Assembly (NCBI GenBank): GCA_963850305.1 | Contig: CAWKKR010000001.1 | Span: 576,001 to 640,000 of the forward strand | DNA length: 64,000 nucleotides | DNA from: an uncultured delta proteobacterium | GTDB taxonomy: Bacteria > Myxococcota_A > Polyangia > Polyangiales > Polyangiaceae | Reading direction: 5' to 3' | Shown here: in pieces, positions 57,814 through 64,000 of the stretch | How positions within the stretch are numbered: the stretch's first letter is position 1 | Layout of the letters: every line of letters begins with the position of its first letter | Program-made: the position numbers and the translations under genes | The notes under the pieces: generated by a model | Told to the model about the DNA's origin: nothing | The model's input: only the letters and a program-made list of their open reading frames with translations | Database searches by the model: none

Positions 57814-59473
57814 ATGACGAGCAAACACAAGCTCATTACTTCAAGCTTTCTGGCGTTCTGCGTGACGCTGACCAGCTTTGCGTTCGCCGACGCCACACCG
57901 GCACCATCAGCAGCGCCACCACCCCTGCCAGCGTACTTTTCTGGCACCAACCCAACCGGAAAGCCCGCGATGTGGCCGGACCCGACGGGGGCAGCGGCAG
58001 GTGCTTGGGCCGACCCTGGCGGCGACGGTAAGGGCGACACACCCAGCACTCTCGGTCCGACGGATCTCTACGATCGCATCGCTCACAACCTGTTCTCCAT
58101 CAACATGGTCTGGGCGATGGTCACGGGCTTCCTCGTCATGTTCATGCAGGCCGGCTTCGCCATGGTGGAGACGGGCATGTGCCGCGCCAAGAACGCCGGT
58201 CACACCTTCGCAATGAACTTCATGATCTACCCGCTCGGCTGCCTGGGCTTCTGGGTCTACGGCTTCGCGTTGGGCTGGGGCAATTGGTTCAACGGACCAG
58301 TCGGGCCCGGTTGGTATTCATCGCTCGGACCAGGCACTTCCGTGCTGAATTCGGGCATCACGCTCGCCGGCAAGTACGGCATCGTCGGCACGAAGGGCTT
58401 CTGTCTTGGTCCGTCCGTCAGCGACACGGCGGTGCTCGGCCTGTTCTTCTTCATGATGGTGTTCATGGACACGACGGCCACCATCCCCACCGGCGCCATG
58501 GCCGAACGCTGGGCATGGAAGAACTTCTGTCTCTACGGCCTGTGGGTCGCTCTGCCCTATTGCATCTACGCGAACTGGCTCTGGGGCGGCGGCTGGCTCG
58601 CTCAGGGCGGCGTCAACTGGCACCTCGGCCACGGCGCGGTCGACTTCGCCGGATCCGGCGTCGTGCACGGAATGGGCGGCATCATCGCTCTGGCCGGCGG
58701 GATCGTGCGTCGGACCGCGCATCGGCAAGTATGTCAACGGCAAGCCTCAGGCGATCCCCGGCGCACGACCTGCCGATGGCCATCGCCGGTTGCTTCATCC
58801 TCGCGTTCGGCTGGTTCGGGTTCAACCCGGGCTCGACCCTCTCCGGCACCGACCTCCGTATCGCGTTCATCGTCGTCAACACGATGCTCGCGAGCGTGGC
58901 CGGAGCCTTCGCCTCCATGGTCTTCCTGATGGCCAAGGGCATGAAGCCCGACCCGGGCATGATGGTCAACGGCATGCTCGCGGGACTCGTCGCCATCACG
59001 GCGCCGTGCGCCTTCGTCTCTCCCTGGGGAGCCGTGGCGATCGGCGCGATCGCCGGGGTGCTCGTCGTCGTCAGCGTCTGGTTCTTCGACGCTCGCGGCG
59101 TCGATGACTGTGTCGGCGCCATCTCCGTCCACGGCGTCTGCGGCCTCTGGGGCGTGTGTCCGTCGGCATCTTCGCCAACGGCGACTACGGCGCAGGCTGG
59201 AACGGCGTCGTGCGCGACGAGATGGTGAAGCAGTACGGCTCCGACGGCGTACGCGGCATCCTGTACGGCGACGCCTCGCAGCTCGCGATGCAGACGATCG
59301 ACTGCGTGGTGCTGACGATCTTCGGCTTCGTCATGGCGTACGTGTGGTTCAAGATCTCCGACAAGATCACACCCATCCGCGTCAGTGCCGAGACGGAACT
59401 GGCCGGTCTCGACATGCCGGAGATGGGTGCGCTGGGGTATCCGGACTTCGTCCTGGCCACCGAAAAGAAGTAG
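57814..59473 (+). CDS. amtB: Ammonium transporter Amt, interrupted by three frameshifts (about 58708, 58757, 59156)
   Basis: FMQAGFAMVETG, GAMAER, DFAGSGVVH; then GPRIGKY; then GWFGFNPGS, NGMLAGLVAITA, DDCVGAISVHG; then RVSAETELAGLD in successive frames. Confidence 0.93.
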
Positions 59474-59527
59474 CGCCCAGGCGTTACGGTCGAAAAGAAG
59501 TAGCGCCCAGGCGTTACGGTCGAAAAG
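59461..59527 (+). repeat. Exact 30-bp tandem duplication spanning the amtB stop codon
   Basis: CGAAAAGAAGTAGCGCCCAGGCGTTACGGT at 59461 and 59491, plus CGAAAAG at 59521. Confidence 0.95.
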
Positions 59528-59659
59528 CGCGCGGGCCCGCGGTGTCGAAAGACGCCGCGGGCTTTCGCGTCTCGACCGACGGCCGGCCCGGGGTCGCGCT
59601 CGACAAAAGAAAAGCCTCGGAAACAGAGCGGAAACAGACTTGTCAGCACACTTCCTGGG

Positions 59660-59872
59660 ATGTGGCAGCAATACAAGAAGACGTTTGGTCCGATGCAGAC
59701 GTTCATTGTCCTCGTGACGGTCGCGGTGCTGGTCGTCTCGCGCGGGCTGACCCAAACCGCGGCCTGCTTCGTCGTGATGCAGATCGCGGCCGTCTTTGGT
59801 GCACGCTGGGCCGTCCGACTTCGCACGAAGATGGATCGCGCCACTGAGATGCCGCGCGCTTTTCGCGGTTGA
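59660..59872 (+). CDS. Small two-TM membrane protein
   Basis: 70 aa, two hydrophobic segments, basic tail. Confidence 0.6.
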   Translation: MWQQYKKTFGPMQTFIVLVTVAVLVVSRGLTQTAACFVVMQIAAVFGARWAVRLRTKMDRATEMPRAFRG

Positions 59873-59910
59873 GTAGGTTGCGGAGCGTCCTGTAGCCGGC
59901 TGCGGGTCGC

Positions 59911-60852
59911 TCAGGGGTATTCGGGCGGACCCTGGCCGCACTGGCGGCCCTGGTAGTCGGAGTTGGGGACGCACACCAGGGGCGACGCGCAGTCGTGTCC
60001 CGCGGTCCCACAGGGATCGCTCGGGTAAGCGCAGAAGAGGACGTCGACCAGCGAGCAGACACCGTTCGTCGCCGCGAGGCCGTACTGACACGAACCGCCA
60101 GGGTGCTTCGTGCAATCGGCATCCGTGCGGCACACGCCGTACGCGCAGGTTGCGGAGAAGACGCCGAGTGCGCCCGACGGGAGGCAGGTCGCCACGCTCG
60201 CCCCGGCGGGTGTGTTCGCCTTGCAGTCCTGGTCGGTCGCGCATTGGTCGTAGAGGCAAGAGTTGCCCTGAGGATACGCACCCCCGCAGAAGTTTTGCTC
60301 GACATCGATCAAGGGCAAGCAGCGGCCGCCCGCACCACCGGTGCAGTCACCGTCGGCAAGACAGCAGGGCGTTTGCACGTACTGGCACGACGAGAGCGTG
60401 GGTGTAGGCACGGGCGTCACGCAATCACGGACGCCGTCCAGCCGTTGCCAGCACGTACCGCCGGGGCAATCCGATGGCGTGGCACAGAGATCGGATACCT
60501 GGCCCCCCGCACCCCCGGCGGCGGCGCCCCCTGCACCGGCTCCACCGTTTGCACCGGCTCCACCGTTTGCACCGGCTCCACCGCCTGCACCGGCTCCACC
60601 GTTTGCACCGGCTCCACCGTTTGCACCGGCTCCGCCGCTTGCGCCGGCTCCGCCGCTTGCGCTGGCTCCGCCGTTTGCGCTGGCTCCGCCATCGCTGCCG
60701 GAAGTCCCGCCTCCTCCAGTGGCGGAGCCGCCGCCGGCCGACGAGCTGCGGATCTCCGAGCTATCGGTGCTCGAGCTCGAGCCGCAGCCCTGGGCGACCA
60801 TCGACAGGCCCACACTCAGGAATGTCAATGAAGCGATCTTGAATGAAGCCAC
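59911..60852 (-). CDS. Cys-rich lipoprotein with GGAGAN repeat linker (start uncertain, 60852 or 60879)
   Basis: Lipobox AQGC, 18-bp repeats at about 60533-60690, Cys-rich C-terminal half. Confidence 0.75.
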   Translation of the reverse strand: MASFKIASLTFLSVGLSMVAQGCGSSSSTDSSEIRSSSAGGGSATGGGGTSGSDGGASANGGASASGGAGASGGAGANGGAGANGGAGAGGGAGANGGAGANGGAGAGGAAAGGAGGQVSDLCATPSDCPGGTCWQRLDGVRDCVTPVPTPTLSSCQYVQTPCCLADGDCTGGAGGRCLPLIDVEQNFCGGAYPQGNSCLYDQCATDQDCKANTPAGASVATCLPSGALGVFSATCAYGVCRTDADCTKHPGGSCQYGLAATNGVCSLVDVLFCAYPSDPCGTAGHDCASPLVCVPNSDYQGRQCGQGPPEYP

Positions 60853-60955
60853 GAACTCACAGTCTAGCTTGCCGTGCAACGTTGAGCCAGCTCCCTACTG
60901 GCCGCGGCCATCTGCGATCGGCCCGCGTCGTGAACGCACGCGAAAAGCACCGTCT

Positions 60956-61672
60956 TCACGGCGGATCGTCGTGCTCCCGTCGTGACTCGACGACGCGGCT
61001 CGCCATCCTCGGAAGACCCGGGATGAGCCAGGCGAACGTCGCGGTTCCAGCGGCGGCGCCGAGCAACTGCGCGGCGATGAACCCGGGTGCGTCCGCAGGG
61101 CGGATGCCCGCGAACGTGTTGCTCGCCGCGCGCGCGAGCGTCACCGCCGGATTCGCGAACGACGTGGAGGACGTGAACCAGTACGCGGCGGTGATATACG
61201 CGCCCACCGAGAACGGGACCGCGGCGGGGCGGGTGCGAACGGTCCCCCAGATCGTCGCGAGCAAGCCGAACGTCGCGACGAACTCGGCGAGGAGTTGCGC
61301 GGTCCCCGCTCGCACGTGGGTCGACGCGAAGAAGAGGGGCTCACCGAACATCAGATGAGCCACGGCGACGCCCGCGAACGCTCCGCCCACCTGTGCCAGG
61401 ATGTAGACGGGGACGTCGCGCCACGGCAGGCCACCTTGCGTCGCGTCCGCCAGCGAGACGGCTGGGTTGAAGTGGGCGCCGGAGACGGACCCGAACGTCA
61501 GGATCAACGCGACGAGCCCGGCGCCGGTCGCGAGCGTGTTCGCGAGGAGGGCGATCGCGACGTTCCCCCCGGCGAGCCGCTCCCCCATGATCCCGGATCC
61601 GACCACCACGGCGAGGAGAAACGCCGTACCGAGCGCCTCGGCCGCAGCGCGGCGTCCGAGATCAGCGGACAT
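60956..61672 (-). CDS. MIP/aquaporin-family channel of the ars-associated type
   Basis: SGAHFNPAV and STSFANPAV (two NPA motifs), six TMs, downstream of arsR. Confidence 0.92.
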   Translation of the reverse strand: MSADLGRRAAAEALGTAFLLAVVVGSGIMGERLAGGNVAIALLANTLATGAGLVALILTFGSVSGAHFNPAVSLADATQGGLPWRDVPVYILAQVGGAFAGVAVAHLMFGEPLFFASTHVRAGTAQLLAEFVATFGLLATIWGTVRTRPAAVPFSVGAYITAAYWFTSSTSFANPAVTLARAASNTFAGIRPADAPGFIAAQLLGAAAGTATFAWLIPGLPRMASRVVESRREHDDPP

Positions 61673-61742
61673 GACCCCGCGGCTTCAGGATGTGCATGGG
61701 CTTTCCTTCCATGAATATCGAACAAAGAGAGCAAAAAAAGAG

Positions 61743-62051
61743 TCAGCAGCAGCCGGGCCTGCCTCGTTTGCAGCAGTCCTCCCACAGGTAGTCAGTGAGC
61801 GCGCGGAGCGCCGCATACTCCGCGGAGTAGTAATGGAACGTGCCCTCGCTCCGAGCCTTGAGGAGACCCGCGTCGACGAGGCGCTTGAGGTGATGACTGA
61901 GCGTCGAGGCCGGCATGTCCACGTGCGCCTGGATTTCTCCAGCGGCGGTTCCCTCCGCGCCTCCCTGCACGACGAAGCGGACGATGGCGAGGCGCGTCGG
62001 GTGACCGAGGGCACTCAACTCTTCGGCATGGCGCTCGAGTTTCGACGGCAC
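61743..62051 (-). CDS. arsR: ArsR/SmtB-family repressor with C-terminal vicinal cysteines
   Basis: ALGHPTRLAIVRF, STLSHHLKRLVDAGLL, YLWEDCCKRGRPGCC. Confidence 0.9.
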   Translation of the reverse strand: MPSKLERHAEELSALGHPTRLAIVRFVVQGGAEGTAAGEIQAHVDMPASTLSHHLKRLVDAGLLKARSEGTFHYYSAEYAALRALTDYLWEDCCKRGRPGCC

Positions 62052-62138
62052 GGCGGGATTATTCTAACAAATTCGAAGAATGGCGCAAGCGTGGTCCCGC
62101 TCGATCAACCGGCGAGGAAGAGTTACACTCGTCGGTTT

Positions 62139-62417
62139 ATGAGACAGAGTGCGATCGCGGTCCTCCTTCTGCTCGCCGGTTGCCAGCGGACGACGCCGGC
62201 GGGCGCCGAGCTGACGTATCGGCAGTGTTCGGATCTCGTCCGTCGCGTACAGCAGCTCCAGTCCGAGGACACCGGGGGCATGCAGATCGCCATGGAAGTC
62301 AGGTTTCGCGCCGACATCGATGGATGCCTCGAGAAGGGCACTCCGACCGCTTACGGCTGCGTCATGTCGGCGGAGACGGCGAAGGATCTCGACGCCTGCG
62401 ACGCGCTCTACAAGTGA
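62139..62417 (+). CDS. Small Cys-containing lipoprotein
   Basis: MRQSAIAVLLLLAGC lipobox, four further Cys. Confidence 0.75.
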   Translation: MRQSAIAVLLLLAGCQRTTPAGAELTYRQCSDLVRRVQQLQSEDTGGMQIAMEVRFRADIDGCLEKGTPTAYGCVMSAETAKDLDACDALYK

Positions 62418-62550
62418 CGGCGCGAGCTCGCTAGGCGGCACCGGGCGAAACCGCGCCGACGGATTCCGCGCGAACCCGGAGGAGCGATTGAAGGCAGCAC
62501 GTCGTTCTCGATTGCGACCGTACGCGCGGTCGAGCCACACTCGGGTCCGA

Positions 62551-64000
62551 ATGCGCACCGTTCGAGTCAAGCTGGTGATGCTCGTCCTGGCCTGCGTGGC
62601 TCCGGCGGTCGTCGCCGCGGTGCTCCGGTCCATCGAGGCGGAGCGCGACATGGTGCAGCAGGTCGAGCGCCGGATCGAACGGAGCAACCGGCGGTTCGAC
62701 ATCGAGTACGAGGAGGACGCTACGGCCTCCGATGTGGCGCTCTCTCTGATCGCGCAGCAACCGAGGTTCCAGCAAGCGCTTGCCACGCGCGATGGGGCGG
62801 CAGCGGCCCCCATCGTAAAGACCCTCGCGGATTTCTACCAGGACAGCATCGTCCTTGCGTCCGATGCTCGAGGCGTCCTTCTCACGAAGATCAACGCCGC
62901 CCGCGGACCCGCCTCGCTCGGCAGTGAGTCGAGCCCCGCGTTCGCGAGTCTGCTCGCCGGCCACTCGCTCGGCGGCATGATCCGCGTGAACTATGCGGAC
63001 GGCTTGGGTTACGCGCTGGTGAGCGGCGACCCGGTGCGTGCGGCCGGGGTCCAGGTCGGCGCGGTCGCGATTCTCACGCCGGTCACGGCCGCCTACCTGG
63101 AACGCCTCGAGCCCAAGCTCAACGCCGACCTGTCGATTCGCGTCAACGAAAAGGTCGTGGCCGCCTGCGCAGACCACCCCGCGCCCGATCTCGAATCGCA
63201 TACCCAGACCCTCAAGGCGGTCCGCGGCAAGCTGTTCGCTCTGAAGACGTTCCGGCCCGAGAAGTTACAGCGACCTGGAATGGAGGTGGAGGTCACGGCG
63301 TCGCGCGACGTGACGGAACTCCGCGACGAGGCGCACGCGGATCTCCTTTACGACCTCGGAGGGCTCGGGATCGTGCTCGCGATCGTGCTCGCTGCGGCGC
63401 TTCGGTTTGCGTCGCGGATGGGCGGCGCGGTGCGCTCCATCTCCGATGCAGCCGATCAGGTGAGGAAGGGCAAGTACGTGAACGCCCCCGTGATCCACAC
63501 GGGCGACGAAATCGGGCGGCTCGCGACGGAATTCAACGCGATGGTGCAAGGCTTGAAGGAACGCGACCAGCTCCGGGACACCTTCGGGCGCTACGTGACC
63601 CGGCAAGTCGCCGAGCACCTGATGAAAGGCAACCAGACGCTGGGCGGGGAGCTCGTGCCGGTCACGGTGCTCTTCTCGGACATCCGCTCGTTCACGAGCA
63701 TCAGCGAGACGATGGAGCCACGCGCGCTCCTGGATTTCTTGAACGAGTACTTCACCGGCATGGTCGAGAGCGTGATGCAGCACCACGGAGTCGTCGACAA
63801 GTTCATCGGGGACGCGATCATGGCCGTCTTCGGTGCTCCGGTGCCCGACCCCGGAGATCCACTTCACGCCGTGAACGCAGCGCTCGAGATGCGGACCCGA
63901 CTCGGGAAGATCAACGAGAGCTTCAAGGCGCGCGGGCTGCCGGAAATCCGCGCGGGCATCGGGCTACATTCGGGACAGGTGGTGGCGGGTAACATGGGTC
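62551..64000 (+). CDS. Membrane class III adenylate/guanylate cyclase with Cache-like and HAMP domains (truncated by the window end; not in the ORF track)
   Basis: Own translation from ATG 62551: TM, periplasmic domain, TM, GDEIGRLATEFNAMV, FGRYV, VTVLFSDIRSFT, VDKFIGDAIMAVFGAP, GIGLHSGQVVAGNMG. Confidence 0.95.
   Translation, partial: MRTVRVKLVMLVLACVAPAVVAAVLRSIEAERDMVQQVERRIERSNRRFDIEYEEDATASDVALSLIAQQPRFQQALATRDGAAAAPIVKTLADFYQDSIVLASDARGVLLTKINAARGPASLGSESSPAFASLLAGHSLGGMIRVNYADGLGYALVSGDPVRAAGVQVGAVAILTPVTAAYLERLEPKLNADLSIRVNEKVVAACADHPAPDLESHTQTLKAVRGKLFALKTFRPEKLQRPGMEVEVTASRDVTELRDEAHADLLYDLGGLGIVLAIVLAAALRFASRMGGAVRSISDAADQVRKGKYVNAPVIHTGDEIGRLATEFNAMVQGLKERDQLRDTFGRYVTRQVAEHLMKGNQTLGGELVPVTVLFSDIRSFTSISETMEPRALLDFLNEYFTGMVESVMQHHGVVDKFIGDAIMAVFGAPVPDPGDPLHAVNAALEMRTRLGKINESFKARGLPEIRAGIGLHSGQVVAGNMG

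Overview
A GC-rich chromosomal window, very probably from a myxobacterium (Polyangiaceae/Sorangiineae-like). The evidence is a MYXO-CTERM-type tail, many Cys-rich and Gly-rich lipoproteins, OmpA/TSP3 barrels and VWA lipoproteins. About 50 CDSs are supported. Housekeeping and metabolic genes: uvrC, holB, thiE, yebC, ilvD-family dehydratase, enoyl-CoA hydratase/3-hydroxyacyl-CoA dehydrogenase, egtB, amtB, SNF2 helicase, di-heme peroxidase, BVMO/esterase/TetR, GMC oxidoreductase, arsR/aquaporin. Signalling genes: two OmpR regulators, two histidine kinases and a HAMP adenylate cyclase cut by the window end. There is also a large set of cell-surface genes. Highlights: (1) a TraB-like OmpA barrel directly followed by a TraA-like Cys-rich MYXO-CTERM protein whose recognition domain is a legume (L-type) lectin, in traB-traA order. 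(2) Two sequence-unrelated intergenic tandem arrays (21-bp and 22-bp period) with the same alternating inverted-hexamer design; one sits where a toxin gene appears cut off behind an intact antitoxin. (3) A three-copy dispersed intergenic element built from GNA-triloop mini-hairpins, with GTAG ends in two copies (REP/REPIN-like). (4) A tandem pair of MIDAS/VWA Cys-rich lipoprotein paralogs. (5) holB apparently needs a CTG start. Seven single-base frameshifts in five genes look mainly like assembly errors. I saw no rRNA, tRNA, CRISPR array, integrase or transposase. All family calls come from motif recognition by eye, not database searches.
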